Program-made: the position numbers and the translations under genes | Part shown: piece after piece, positions 43,785 to 56,529 of the stretch | Layout: each line of letters starts with the position of its first letter | Numbering within the stretch: position 1 is the first letter of the stretch | The notes under the pieces: generated by a model | The model's database searches: none | Told to the model about the DNA's origin: nothing | What the model saw: only the letters and a program-made list of their open reading frames with translations | DNA from: Naegleria gruberi | Lineage: Eukaryota | Assembly (NCBI GenBank): GCA_000004985.1 | Contig: GG738855.1 | DNA length: 64,000 bases | Strand: one strand, 5' to 3'

Positions 43785-46748
43785 CTATTGTTCTTCTTGT
43801 TTTGACACTTTGGCCATTCTCTTACTTTCCAATTCAGCTAGCCATGGAGCTTTTTGTTGTTGAGTAGCAGTGGTGTTATTGCCTTGTGGAATGGGTGGAG
43901 CTTCTCTTCTTATTAGAGTCTTTTTTCTTTCCTCAATGGTTTGTTGAAAGTCAGAGGTTCTTCTTGCTATTTGATTTCCCATAAACTCTTCAGGATTGGC
44001 AGGTGAGTTTTCTCCACTATTTGCCTGTTCGAAGGCGGATAAGGATTGTCTATTCTTGTTGAGGAATGGTGAAGTCTTTGTATGTTGATCATTTTGCAAG
44101 GATAACCTATTGCTTGGTGGCATCATTTCCCCAGCAGAAGCAATCTCAGATAGAGATGAGTGAATATTCTTCACTTTGTCCTCTGAGGAGAGATTATTCT
44201 TTGAGTTGGATGGTGATTGCTTCTTACCATTAAATATTTTGAGATCCATATTGAGAGCTTTGAGAGGGTTGAATCCTCTAGCTGAACGAGGTGATTTCAA
44301 AGATGAACCATCCTCTGAAATTGTGGAAAGGTCACTAATTGATGTAGATCTAGACATTCTGTTTCCATCAACCATTTGGCTTGACGCAGTATCGGCTGTA
44401 TCACTTGAAGCTGTTGTCTTACTATCATCACAACTTGCATCATCATCCAATGCTAGGGATCCAAATGTTATTTCATCCTCTGGAACAATATCACGTACAA
44501 CTGCATCCTTCTTTGGAATTTTGATTGTAACCTTGTCTCTTTGTGAATAGCACATATAGTATTCACTATTTTCAAAATCAATAATATACACATTTTGTTC
44601 ATTGAAAATTTTCTTAACTCTTGTATGAACTAGTTTGTTGGCTCTGAGCTCTTTGACTGGGCCTGCATTACAGCTTGTATTCTGGGATAGTTTGTCTATC
44701 CATTCATTACAAGCAATTGCTGTTGGACATGTAATTAAGTAGGTTACATCTTCTGTGACAATCTCGAAACTTTGTTTGTCATAGTCCAAGTCGAAATAAA
44801 TCCATGGATATTTGAAATATTCTACATTCATCTCATTCTTGAAATTAATGTGACACGAATATTTACCCTTCTTTGCGATTAAAACCATGTCATTCAAAAG
44901 AATGAGGGTTCTCTTATCTCCCTTCTTGATCTTTCTTCCCAATACAATTTCAGAAACAAGGAAATCTTCACCTTCCATAACAAAACATCTACTAGGTTTG
45001 ATAATACTTCCACCAATGTTTTCGTGAAGTTTTCCAATTGTTGTATCAATTTCATTCATCTTCATTTGATTTTGAACAACATTCATGGCACTATTGACGT
45101 GAGAGCTGACTTGTTTTGATAATTCTAGTGCTTCATTAATATTCTTGAAATCGTAATGAGTTTCTGGTGTATGCTTCAATAGCTCATTCAAAAGGAGAGT
45201 ATATCTCGGTAAACGTTGGACTGGCTGAATCATGTAGGAAAAGAAACCAACTTTACCCTGTTTTCTAGCATTTCTTTCCATTTCGTTCATATAGCTATCA
45301 AAACCAGGGTTTTCCTTCATCATGTCTTTAACTTTGCTTGCAATGTTATTGTAATTATTCACATAATCTGTATACACTTTGAACATTGGCATGGTTCTTT
45401 TAAAGAAGAGACCAATGGATTTGCTGGTGTCATCTTGTGTTTCAAAAGTAACATCAAGAGTTTTCCATTGTTTTAAAAATCCTTCATTGACACTCTTAAT
45501 AACTGTCATTTTGTCAAATATGAAACTCAAATCTTTCTGAGTAATAATTTGTTTAGAACCAGAAACTTGTGTAGCATTTCCCAAAGCTCTTAAAGGTTTA
45601 ATATAGAACCTTTCCAAATGATTCATTCCTTCAACATAATTCTCCTCGGTTTTAGAAATTTCCGCAATAACTTCCCATCTCAATTCCCTTCTTTCAATTT
45701 CCTTTTCCTCTGCTGTTTTAATTTTCTTTTGCGGAATTGGAGGTGGTGCCGATTTACCAGATCTATTAAAAGACTTGATGGAACCTTCTTCTTCCTCTTC
45801 TTCTTCCTCGTCATCTGATTCATCACAAGTTGACAACTTTTCACTGTGAGCTGAAGATGGAGGATTATTTGGTTCCTCTTGTGTTGGAGTCAAGACACGA
45901 TCCAGATCCAATTTGAAGGCATGTGTAGATTTTGTAGCAATGTCATTTTCATCATCCTTCTTCTCTTCACTTTTTGGTTCACTGGTAGGAGTGCTGACAG
46001 GTGTTGTTGCAGAACTAGTGGTGGGTTCAGTAGGTTTTGGAGGTGGAATTTTGTGCAAAATAGTCAGCACTTGTGGTGATTGTGCCTTTTCTTTGGATTT
46101 ACCATTACTGAATAGCTTACTTCCAATATTGAGAGTGGATTTTACGAATGAGCTCGTACTATTATTGCTGTTATTGCTAATTCCCTTTCCAACATTTATG
46201 GAGAGAGAAGAACCAGAAGTGACATCATCAACTTGACCACCAACCGATGATCGACCACCTCCAGAAAGATTATTATTACCACCAACCACTGAAGCAAACT
46301 GAATAACACCACCTGTTGAACGCTCAGAAGGGCTATTCACTGATGCAATGGTCTTTGATCGTACAGTAGGTCGTGGAGGAAGAGGAGGTGGTGGTTTTCT
46401 AGAACCACCAGGAGATGAAGGTGAATTATTTCCTCCTGCTACATTGTTTGTGGTGGGAGAGGAAGAAGCCGATGACGGTGAAGAGTTTGTATTTTTGTTG
46501 TTGTTGAGAGAATTGATGAGTGCCGTTGGAGGTGATGCATTGGGACGAAGTGTATAGGATCGAGAGGAGGATGTTGTTGTTGTTGTTCTGCTATTGTTGG
46601 TTGTAGCGATGGTTGGAGAGTCAGTAACGGTATTTGTTGTTATTGTTTCACTATTATTATTTACCAGTGGTGTTGTTGTTGTTGTTGTGATGAAAGAAGA
46701 TCGAGGAGGTTTTGGTGGAGGTACTGGAAGTTGTTTTGTTGAAGACAT
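43785..46748 (-). CDS. RhoGEF: DH (Dbl-homology) domain plus PH domain, 987 aa.
   Basis: The N-terminus is Thr/Ser/Pro-rich. The DH domain is EKEIERRELRWEVIAEISKTEENYVEGMNHLERFYIKPL...MIQPVQRLPRYTLLLNELLKHTPETHYDFKNINEALE, with the QRLPRY-type hallmark. A PH-like region follows. Confidence 0.8.
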   Translation of the reverse strand: MSSTKQLPVPPPKPPRSSFITTTTTTPLVNNNSETITTNTVTDSPTIATTNNSRTTTTTSSSRSYTLRPNASPPTALINSLNNNKNTNSSPSSASSSPTTNNVAGGNNSPSSPGGSRKPPPPLPPRPTVRSKTIASVNSPSERSTGGVIQFASVVGGNNNLSGGGRSSVGGQVDDVTSGSSLSINVGKGISNNSNNSTSSFVKSTLNIGSKLFSNGKSKEKAQSPQVLTILHKIPPPKPTEPTTSSATTPVSTPTSEPKSEEKKDDENDIATKSTHAFKLDLDRVLTPTQEEPNNPPSSAHSEKLSTCDESDDEEEEEEEEGSIKSFNRSGKSAPPPIPQKKIKTAEEKEIERRELRWEVIAEISKTEENYVEGMNHLERFYIKPLRALGNATQVSGSKQIITQKDLSFIFDKMTVIKSVNEGFLKQWKTLDVTFETQDDTSKSIGLFFKRTMPMFKVYTDYVNNYNNIASKVKDMMKENPGFDSYMNEMERNARKQGKVGFFSYMIQPVQRLPRYTLLLNELLKHTPETHYDFKNINEALELSKQVSSHVNSAMNVVQNQMKMNEIDTTIGKLHENIGGSIIKPSRCFVMEGEDFLVSEIVLGRKIKKGDKRTLILLNDMVLIAKKGKYSCHINFKNEMNVEYFKYPWIYFDLDYDKQSFEIVTEDVTYLITCPTAIACNEWIDKLSQNTSCNAGPVKELRANKLVHTRVKKIFNEQNVYIIDFENSEYYMCYSQRDKVTIKIPKKDAVVRDIVPEDEITFGSLALDDDASCDDSKTTASSDTADTASSQMVDGNRMSRSTSISDLSTISEDGSSLKSPRSARGFNPLKALNMDLKIFNGKKQSPSNSKNNLSSEDKVKNIHSSLSEIASAGEMMPPSNRLSLQNDQHTKTSPFLNKNRQSLSAFEQANSGENSPANPEEFMGNQIARRTSDFQQTIEERKKTLIRREAPPIPQGNNTTATQQQKAPWLAELESKRMAKVSKQEEQ

Positions 46749-47090
46749 TTGTGTGTTTATTCTCTATGTAACAGGCTAATAAAATTGAAGTTGTGTTGTT
46801 GGTGAGCTCCTCACCCGTTGTACAGATCAGTGTGATTTTTTGTTTTTTTTTGTTTCCCTTTTTCAATTGACATTTGACTGAAAAGTATGAGGATGTTTGA
46901 GTTATGGCATTTCAATGGCAAGCTTTATTATCGCCAATGATACTGCTATGAGTGTTGATCAAATTTTTACTTAAGGTATTATCATTCCATCTTTTTGCTG
47001 AAACAATATGGTTTGGCCAGATCTATATGACGAGTTCACAACTTGAGCCTTTTCAATTCAGGGATTGAATGTTTGATTTAAAATTAAAAA

Positions 47091-47954
47091 ATGAAACAAC
47101 AAACAGATCACCAATTAATTCCCTTGCTCGAACTGTTGGGTCTAAAGGTTGATCTTGCTCCTCTTGCAATGCATACAAAACCAATATTATCGAAACTAGT
47201 GACAAATTCCGATATTATGAAAGCTGTTTCAAAGATAAATTCGTTCGGAAATGATGAATTCTCTACTAGATCTCCACTCTTTTCCATTTGCTTTAAAAGT
47301 GTAAAAACATTTGAACCCACCTCAAACCACTTCACTAGACCAAAAGAAACGATTCAGGAGAATATTTTGAACAAGTACGTTCAGATAATCGATGTGGATG
47401 CACAGAGGAAACAAGTCTATTTCAAAATTAAAACTGGAATTGAGAAGAATGACGGAACTGGATTATTTGAGAGATATGTAATTATTGGAAAATTCGATTC
47501 TACTAATTATGGATTCATATTTGATATGAGTAATTACACTTCTTCTCCTCCAAAGTCAATTGAGAAAATGTATAAAGACAACACTCCAAATAATTATAAG
47601 AAGAAGTGTAAAGCCTCTCAAAGTGGAGGAGGAACCAAATATCAAGACAATAAGGATATTGGTATAAAAAGAATTGGGTATTCTGGTTTCGTTATTAGTA
47701 ATACAGATCACAAGCTCAGGCTAAAGAGAGACACAAGATGTAGGAGGGATGTTACATCAGAACGCAATATTCCTCTATCATTGACAACACCTGTCAACAA
47801 AACATACGGATTATATTTTACTTCAACTAAATATTATAGTGGAAAGTTTGATATTGGCTTTTACAACTTTGAAACTACAAGGAGAGGTACATATGAAACT
47901 GGAACAACTTTTAATTATTACACAACAGAATTGACTCAGGATATTTCCACTTAA
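47091..47954 (+). CDS. Hypothetical protein, 287 aa, with a Tyr/Thr-rich C-terminus.
   Basis: ATG-initiated ORF; no recognisable domain. Confidence 0.35.
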   Translation: MKQQTDHQLIPLLELLGLKVDLAPLAMHTKPILSKLVTNSDIMKAVSKINSFGNDEFSTRSPLFSICFKSVKTFEPTSNHFTRPKETIQENILNKYVQIIDVDAQRKQVYFKIKTGIEKNDGTGLFERYVIIGKFDSTNYGFIFDMSNYTSSPPKSIEKMYKDNTPNNYKKKCKASQSGGGTKYQDNKDIGIKRIGYSGFVISNTDHKLRLKRDTRCRRDVTSERNIPLSLTTPVNKTYGLYFTSTKYYSGKFDIGFYNFETTRRGTYETGTTFNYYTTELTQDIST

Positions 47955-48086
47955 ACTTCTTGTTTGAGAATTGACAAAAATTGTAGTTTTTTTGGCGCCA
48001 ATTGAGTAGATTGTGAACCGCCTTAACAAAGTTTATCAAATAATAACTTTAAAAAAAACAAATCAACTCAATCACAGTGCAATAAA

Positions 48087-49395
48087 ATGGATTTTCTCTT
48101 TAAAAAGCCTTCAACAGAGTAAGTTTCAAAAAGCCTGTCTGTCTAATGACAATATTAAAGCAACACTGAATCCGAAACTCAACAAGGTGATAACTCATTT
48201 ACATTCAAGTTTTCAAGGTTAGTCATAATGTAGTACTTTTTATAATTATTCATCAATAATTAGCAGTGGAGGAAATGATACTGGAAATGTGTTTAGCTTC
48301 CTTGATAGAGGAAATGGTTCACCTCCAGCCCAAGTAGGATCGTCATCTTCATCAAACAACAATGCTGGCAGCTTTAGTTTTCTTTTCAAGGATTCTGCCC
48401 AGCCTTCAACAACCTTTACCCCAAGTCAATCAGAATCTTCTTCAGTTAACACTTCTGGTTCCTTTCCATTCCATACAGAATCTCCACCCAATAAGAATAT
48501 TAGAATTGGTACTAATCAACCTTCCGCTCAGTCTTCGTTGTTTGGTGTATCATCACTTACTCCAGCTAAGAGACCTTCCAGCGATATAGAATCCTCAGCA
48601 GATCAACCACTAACCTCAAGAGAGCAAGCAGGTGCTATTGAGAAGGACTTTAATAGCTCTCTTTTGAAGAGTCCTCCAAGCTTACAACCTCTTTCAAAAA
48701 AGATCAAACAATCTCCTCTCCAACCTGAATCATTTGCCAATAAGGAAAACGTCAAACCTTTGAGTGATGAAGGTAGTGCTCAAACAGGTGGCACCTCTCT
48801 TCCATTTTCTCCTAAAAAGTTTTCTCTCAGTACTGCTTCACCAATTAAGGCTTCACCACAAAAATCAAATAGTGCAGAGTTTTCAACTCCCAAGAAGCCA
48901 CTCCAACCAGTTAATAGCAACAGGATGACACCACCTCCAAGCTTTCAGTTAATGAAATCACCAGCAACTTCTTCAATGCAACAAACTCCCACCAAAGCCA
49001 ATCCCTCCACAACTCATGTTAATACTCCAAGACCTCCTCTCAATGTTAATCATCAACTCACCTCCTCAACTCTCTTACCAAGAGTGGAAGAAGATAATCT
49101 TCAACAATCATTCGAAAGAACTGAAAGATTCATTTCAAAGCACAGATCAGACCTCGATGAAATGAAAGAGGTTGAGCAACAATTAGAAGGAGTCAAGAGA
49201 AAAGACACAGAGCTTTGTAAGACTATGGACGAGATTAACACCAAGATGAACGAGCACTCTGACACACTCAAGACACTTACTCTCAGGGTAACATTATTGA
49301 CCAATAAGATGCTCATGACGCAATGTCCAATTATTAATGAAAAGGTAGAGCAAATTCACTCCAAGTATGCCCATTTGATCAATAAGACTCTTTAA
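48087..49395 (+). CDS. Ser/Thr-rich protein with FxF/FG-like motifs and a C-terminal coiled coil. 2 exons, approximately join(48087..48118, 48264..49395).
   Basis: The ATG exon MDFLFKKPST splices through a 145-nt intron (GTAAGT..AATTAG) in frame into DSGGNDTGNVFSFLDRGNGSPP... Repeated SFSF/LFG/FPF motifs in an S/T/P-rich region resemble FG-nucleoporin-like low complexity. The C-terminus is a heptad coiled coil (DLDEMKEVEQQLEGVKRKDTELCKTMDEINTKM). Confidence 0.5.
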
Positions 49396-49453
49396 ATTCA
49401 TCATCATTTCAATAATATTTATCACAATACTGTACAATAAAATCAACACAAGC

Positions 49454-51491
49454 TTAGTAACCCAACTCAACCACTGCTTTCAGACCAGCAAGTTTCAAAA
49501 GTGCGGTAAATATACCCATAATACCCTCTCCTGCAATTAAACCACTAGAAACTGCAAAGAAATACTTGCTATTAGTTTCTGGCCAACGTTGCTTCCAAAC
49601 GGTGAACAACAAGGCACCAATAAACATGGTAATTGATTGCTTTGGAGGAACAATCATACCAATACCAAAGGCAAGTGCAGATGGAATGTATTGAGCCTTT
49701 TCAGGTTTCAATATGTGTACAACCTTATAGAAAACAGTCAGAAGAATACCAAAAACAACACCACCAATTATACCATAAACACTATTAGCTGGCAATCCAT
49801 TAGTACCCTTACTCAAAACATCTGCAACAGCCTTCCAAGCATGAGCAGCAGGTGCAGGGAATGAAGCTGATCCAATATCATAGGCTGCATCATAGAGTTT
49901 GTAAATTGGTACACAAGTAATGATACCAACAAAAATACCAATTATTTGAGCAAAGAATTGTTTTCTTGGAGCAACACCAATCAAATAACCAGCCTTCAAA
50001 TCGTGCATCATGTCACCAGCTTGGGAAGCACCAGCTGAAATAATACCAGCACTCAATACGTTGGTAGTAATTTGCTTTGGAGCAACACCAGCAAAAACAA
50101 ATTGAGCAACCTTACCCATACCACCAACAGGATTGATATCTGTTTCACCTGTAGCTCTTGTTGCAACAATTGACAAGACACCACTGAGAGGAATTGCCAA
50201 CAAGATAAAGTACCATTTCAATTCAAACATAAAGTGACCAATCAGAATTAGTAAAACTGATGAGATACAAATACCAATCAAACAATACCACCAAGGAATG
50301 AGATGACTATCCAATTCATACTGTTCATGTTCCAAAATCACTCTTTCACCGAAATGTCTTTGTGTAGATCTTCCAGAACCACGAATTGCAACTCTCTTCA
50401 CTAAACCAACTAACCCCTGCCAAATAATCTTGGTAAGGAACAATAATTGAACAAATGAATCGGCTGTCATGATAGAAACACCAACCCATAAAACCCAACC
50501 TCGGGCACCACTAAAAGACATTGGTGCACCCTTAGTCCAACCATAGGCATCAACAATTGGAGCTAGAACACCCCAGCCGACAATAGCTCCCAAAAGTAAA
50601 CTACCTGTCGATCTAGGACCACTTAGCATACCACCACCAATCATTAAAGGATCCAAATAGAGGGAAAATCCAAATTCGTGTAAAACTCTTGGCATTGGTG
50701 GTTCGGCAATTGGTGGAACAAGGAAAATTAAGAGAGAATAAAATGCAGAAAATAAACCCCAAAATACAAGCATTCTTGCCTTTTTGACAGTTTCATATCC
50801 TTGAGCAAACATGGATTTGATAGTAGCAGCAGTGGCAGTACCGGTTGGGAATCTCAATTTTTCTGTTACAATAAGATGTTTTCTCAATGGAACTGCAAAG
50901 TATCTATTATATATTGATATAATGTTGTAAATTCCTCAAATATTCCAAAACTTACACTCCAAAAAAGGCGACACTCAATGCCCATAAATACAACTCTCCA
51001 ACATTATAATTTGTACCATTCAATTTCAGTGCAGGAATCGAGCTCACTAAACCTGCAGTAGATGCCATAGTACCAGCACTAGAGGCTGCAGTAGTGGTTA
51101 TAATTGTTTCATATTTAGTGAATGGACGAGATGGTTTAATCAACTTGAAAACACCGATACTCAAAATGGATGCAAAAATACTTCCTATATAATTTTCATT
51201 TCAACAATGGGATTGTAAGAATAAGTTATTAATTTCCTTGAAAAATAACGAAAACTAACCTCCCTGAGTCCAACCAGTTCTCAATCCAAAATTAACATTC
51301 ATGGCGCCAACTAGAATTCCGATCAGTGCACCAACAATAATAGAACGAAAGGTAAATTCACCTCTCTCCTTAAATCTTCCAATTTCAGTAGTATCATTTT
51401 CATCGAATTCTTCTTCATCATCATCGTCAACATCCTGGGTGGCTACTCTTTTTCGGAGTGTATCTAAACCAGCCTCATTCTCATCATCCAT
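49454..51491 (-). CDS. OPT-superfamily oligopeptide transporter, short bacterial-like form. 3 exons, approximately join(51243..51491, 50952..51164, 49454..50889).
   Basis: The acidic N-terminus and first TM (..RSIIVGALIGILVGAMNVNFGLRTGWTQG) splice through roughly 78- and 62-nt introns into ..SIFASILSIGVFKL.. and ..VPLRKHLIVTEKLRFPTGTATAATI.., the OPT FPTGTA signature. Downstream are about 14 TM helices (DLKAGYLIGVAPRKQFFAQIIG, GLIAGEGIMGIF). Confidence 0.7.
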
Positions 51492-51696
51492 TCTTTCATG
51501 TTCCTCAAATGGATCTCCACCATCTTTTCATCCAATGGAAAAATATTATCCATATCCATTATAATCACAAAGAAGAATAAGAAAAATTATAATCATCAAC
51601 AAGTAAATAAAAAGAAAAAAGAAATAATAATAATATACAGAAGGATGAATGTGATGAATAAAAATGATTGTTGTTGTCGAAATAAATGATTTAAAA

Positions 51697-51855
51697 CTAA
51701 CTTTTCAATAGAGAATCGTCATCGTTGGCTGTTGTTTCATCATCATCCATGAGAACGTATCCGAGTTTGTTGTTTGATGTTGTTTGTGGTTTGATCACCT
51801 CTCCACCATTACCTTCCTGATGAAACGCCGAGTCGACTCTGGCGTCTTCTGACAT
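51697..51855 (-). CDS. Possible small acidic protein, about 52 aa.
   Basis: An internal ATG gives MSEDARVDSAFHQEGNGGEVIKPQTTSNNKLGYVLMDDDETTANDDDSLLKS. It lies between the OPT and MFS genes. It could equally be a 5' exon or a spurious ORF. Confidence 0.2.
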   Translation of the reverse strand: MSEDARVDSAFHQEGNGGEVIKPQTTSNNKLGYVLMDDDETTANDDDSLLKS

Positions 51856-52072
51856 TTTTTTTTGAATGACCTTTGACAGCCAAATCATAATTGTAATTTC
51901 AACTTTCTGGACTTTTTAAGTTCACTTGTTTTGATGACAGATTTTTCAATAATATCTTGTTTGAATAGTATCTTGGTATTTACATAGATTATGAGAATCA
52001 GAAAATTGTAAACATTCTTTGAAATTATTTGAGAATAGTCTGGAATATTTTATTCTTTAAATAATAAATAAT

Positions 52073-53852
52073 TTATTGCTCTGTATTATTGGTAGAAATA
52101 TTTTCTTGGCTTGACAAATCATTCAAGCTCTTTTCGTGAGTCATTCTTTTGTAGTTTGGCTTTGCAATAACTGCAAAAAAGACAGAGCAAAGGAACATTG
52201 ACATACAGAACCACATACTGTTTTGCATGGAAATCACAACAGTTTGTCCAGTCTTGGAATCAACAGCAGTCTGCTTTAAGGCTTCACAAATAAAGATGAA
52301 AATGCCAGAAAACATGGTTCCACATCCAAACATTAAACTCGAACTGAATGATTCTGGTACTGGGAAGGTTAGCTCACTTGCCATTTCGAGTAAAATTGGT
52401 ACTAGTGGAATGGCGAAAAATCCAAAGAAACAAATTGCAACCATGGCCATAATGAAATGGGCATCAGTTCTTTGATACATGTTATTCACTGAAAACCAGA
52501 TGTAGAAGCCAGTGGCACTAACACCAGCAATAAGGAGAACTGTTTTGTATCTCTTTGTAATGTCAGCAATAACTCCAAAGACAACTGCTCCAAATAATCC
52601 TGTCACAACAATAGAAGATCCAATAAAAGCAACATCTGTTACACTGTATCCGATAGCTGTTGCAATAGAGTTCAATTCAGTAAGGAAGGCGTTAACAGAT
52701 CCAATACCAAATGCAAAGGCTAACAGTATGCATAAAAATGGGAAATTAGTGAGGATGGCCTTTGTGTCATGAATGAAAGATGTCTCCTGAACTTTCTCCT
52801 CCCTTTTATATGGAGGTGTAGGAGGTTTCTCTCTAAAGAATATAACAGTAACAAGTAAAAGCACACTTGAAATACCAGCCTGGAGTGTCAATAATTCAAT
52901 CATACCTGTATCGTTATTATAATTTGCATCACCAGCTAAGGCTACTGCAATACCAAAGCAAGCACCAGTTCCCAATATATTACAAAATGATGAAATTGTG
53001 GTTGCAATAGTTCTCTGCTTTGGAGGAAACCAAGTTTTAGAAATTAGAGTTGAAGTGTTACTAAATTTGTCTTTAGGATTTTCAACAAGTATTCCAAAAA
53101 CTTACACAATAAATGGAGGTGACATACTTCCAATTACACACCCTGCAAACCCAATCCAAAAGAATGTCTCATCACCAGATTTGAAACCAGCAAACTAAAA
53201 TAATTGAAAGGACCATCCAGAATTAGATTAAATGAAAATTTTCCTTCTCCTTACCTTAATCCAAGCAGCAATAAATCTAGAGTACAATGATCGGAAGTTT
53301 AAAACAATCCACTCAATAGAATCTTTAAAAAACAATGAAGAAACCTACGCTGCAATGGATCCTATGAAGAGGGAAAAGCGAAGGCCTTTCCTCTTGAGAA
53401 CAAAAGCTGCAAGACAACTGAACGGAAAATTGAGAAGTAAATAGACAGTAGAAGTCATTACAACTTTCCAACCATCAGTCGGTTTCATCTTATAATATGC
53501 AAGCACTGATGATGTTATGGATGTGTAAATGGTCTGATAAAAGGAGGCCATAAATCCTATATTACCAACAGCGTAATCAATGATTATTTAAATGTATTTC
53601 CATGGCACAGTAGCATGATTATAATTTAAAATATGAATAATTCCTCATACCTTGTGATGATTGAATAATCAGAATCAACCATCTGTATTTGTACAATTTA
53701 GGTTCTAATATTTCTTGATCATTTGCTTCCTGAATATTTGAGTGATTATTATTAATTATCAGTTTGGTTCTTTCCGAAATTTCTGGTTGTTGATCAGGAT
53801 CTCCAAACACATCGGAGGAGGTGTTGATGGGCTGAATAAGCTTACCACTCAT
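52073..53852 (-). CDS. Major facilitator superfamily transporter (FLVCR/DIRC2-like). About 5 exons.
   Basis: The ATG at 53852 gives MSGKLIQP...KYRWLILII. Downstream exons encode MFS helices (MASFYQTIYTSITSSVLAYY..., LAFAFGIGSVNAFLTELNSIATAIGYSVTDVAFIGSSIVVTGLFGAVVFGVIADITKRYK). The layout resembles FLVCR-type MFS proteins. Intron boundaries were not all resolved. Confidence 0.65.
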
Positions 53853-54297
53853 CACAACAATTTTTCAAGAATTGATTTATGCAACTCCTATTAGCTTTGA
53901 GAAATCAATGTTTTGTTGTAAAATGAACGTTCATTGAACATTGAATGGATCCTCTCGGAGAGTGCCAATGTAACATGATACATTGGAATCTAATATCTGC
54001 TCAAATTTGGAGCATTGGATCAATTGTTTCTAATAGGTCTTTTCGTGATGGAGTTAGGTATTACATGGTATTAGATGGTATTGCAATATTTTTGTAAACC
54101 AATGGGATAATCAAATAATTGCATTAGTCTACACACATGACCAAATAACCATTCGTTATTATCTCACATTCGTTTTTTTTCCGCCTAACAAAAAAAAACG
54201 CAGTTGACCTATCATACATAATGCTCGTGACAATCAGTTATCAACAACTAAACCTTTAGACAGCCATTGAAACAACATACACAATAATATCATCACA

Positions 54298-56529
54298 ATG
54301 CCATTCTCTTTCCGCAAAAAGAGGAAAGCAGATGCTACTTCATCAACTGCCGAAATTGAACAAATAATAACAATTGACACACAACAACAAACAAACAATG
54401 AAAACGCCCAACCCAATTCCTCTCCATTACTAATGATGAGAGGTGAACCAAAGAAGAAAACACTTTCAAAATCTTCTTCCCATTCGTTTATTTCTTGGTT
54501 GACCCCTAGAAAGAAGACACAATCATCACAATCTATTTCGAATAATAATAACAACACTTCCCTAACTAGTATTGAAGATAATGCATCAACAATTCAACAA
54601 ACGCCAAAGACTCCTTCTACAAAATCACCAAGAAATTCGAAACTCGTCACATCACAATCAACAAGTTATATTATGGATCATGTAGAGAGACAAAAATCAT
54701 CAAACTTCTCTTCATCAATGCTTCCTTTGACGCCACTCAACAACAATAATTACGATAGTCAACGAAGTAAAATTAGAGTAGTAAAATCAGAGAAAACACC
54801 AAGAACATGTTCATCTCCAACCAGTGACGATGAATATCATTTAGGAATTAAACATTCCTTCACCATGTCTGTTATTTCTGATGAAAAGTCACCACGATTT
54901 ATTCTTTCAACACCCGATAATAATGCACAAGAGCTAGTATTTGGTAGTGCTGTTGAGAATATAATTTCAGATTATGATTCGGATGGTTTTTGTTTCTCTC
55001 CCCTTGTGGACGAAACTAGTCCATTCCAGGAGACTGCCAACAAGACTGCTTCGACATCCATCTTATCAGATGACCAGGCAGAAAAGGAAGTGGATGAGTA
55101 TGAAATTTTTGAAGAGTGGGCTAAACGATTTGATACCACAGAGCCATCATCTCTCTCTACAACTCAATTATCGACAAAGAAGAAGAGTGCCTCTTCCAGC
55201 TTTTCCAAACTCTTCAATGCAGTCTCACACTTGGATCCATTCATTCATATTCACCATACTACACCTTCACGGGGGAATAAGGTAAAATCACTCTCTCCAA
55301 AGAGTGCTACTACCAATGATTTATTCAATGATACAGAGACAGGAGGAGCTCTAATAATTAATGATGAACCAGCTCCAGATAGGGGAAGATTTAGTAGAAG
55401 TTTTAAAAATTTAATGATGGGAAAGAAATCTCCAGTGAATGGAGCTCTTTCTTCGTTGAGCCCTCGTCACGACAAGTCTCCTCCTCCTCATACAGTTGTA
55501 CAACACAGTCGTTTGCTTGTTATACTTCCAGATGAAATCAAGAGTCTCATATTTGAGTTTGCAGAATTTAAAGATATTCTCTCAATAAGGAGTGTCTGTA
55601 AAGAATTGAATGCCATCACAGACGATGACAGATTTTGGCAAAGAGTATGCTTTGAGTTGTCACTCGATTTTTCACAAGTAACCTACAAGCATTTGAAATC
55701 TCTATTCATTGAGAATCAACTTCATGTTACTTTGGCTGGTGATGAAGGAGTGGGAAAATCTCTCCTCATTCGTAGGTTAAGTAATAATCCTGCCTCTATC
55801 TTGGAAAGTAAAGGAGGAAGAAAGCAACTGTACGACTCAATGTATATGCAAGATGAGGAACCTTACTATATTTACTTTAAGGAGAACAATAAGTTTGACA
55901 AGTCACACAAAAAGAGCTCACGTAGGGAGGATGTGTACTTTGTCTGCTTTTCAATTTTGGATAAGAAATCTCTAAGCAGAACTAAGAAGGTATGTTTGGT
56001 ATAGCAATTATTAATCAAACTTACATATTATTTATATTACTATTAATGATGCATATATTTTATAATAACAAATACTAAACAGTGGATTAAGGCTATTCGT
56101 GCAAAAGACATAACTAAACCCATTATACTGGTTGGTCTAAAGGTAGATCTCAGAGACGAGGAAGGATCCGATCAATTCAAACTCATCAAGACTGAACAAG
56201 GCGAACAATTCAAGAATCGATTCAAACTCTTCTCCTACAGAGAGGTGAGTAACAAGACAAGAACTGGTCTTGAAGAGCTCATGCGTGATGCCATCAATGC
56301 CAAACGTATTCAAACAGAAAAGTTTTACAATTATGACAAGACACTAGGAACAGAAGCAGAAATGGAAGACATATCTGAAGATGTTTTCAATTATAGCGAT
56401 GAGGACGACATGGATTTAGATGGTTTTAATAGTGCACTCCCCACCAATACAGCGACAACATCCATAAGTAAGACAGCTACACTCTCCAAACGACTCTCAC
56501 AAATGAAAATCAACTTTGTTCTCGATTAA
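54298..56529 (+). CDS. F-box protein fused to a degenerate Rho-family GTPase domain. 2 exons, approximately join(54298..55989, 56073..56529).
   Basis: S/T-rich N-terminus. The F-box is LLVILPDEIKSLIFEFAEFKDILSIRSVCKELNAITDDDRFWQRV. The Rho-like G domain reads VTLAGDEGVGKSLLI (G1); DVYFVCFSILDKKSLSRTKK|WIKAI..KPIILVGLKVDLRDEEG, which matches the Rac/Rho DVFLICFS...TPIILVGTKLDLRDD block; and FSYREVSNKTRTGL, matching ECSALTQRGL. The switch II DTAGQE is replaced by YMQDEE. There is no C-terminal CAAX; the protein ends ..KINFVLD. The intron is 83 nt (GTATGT..AAACAG), in frame. Confidence 0.7.
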
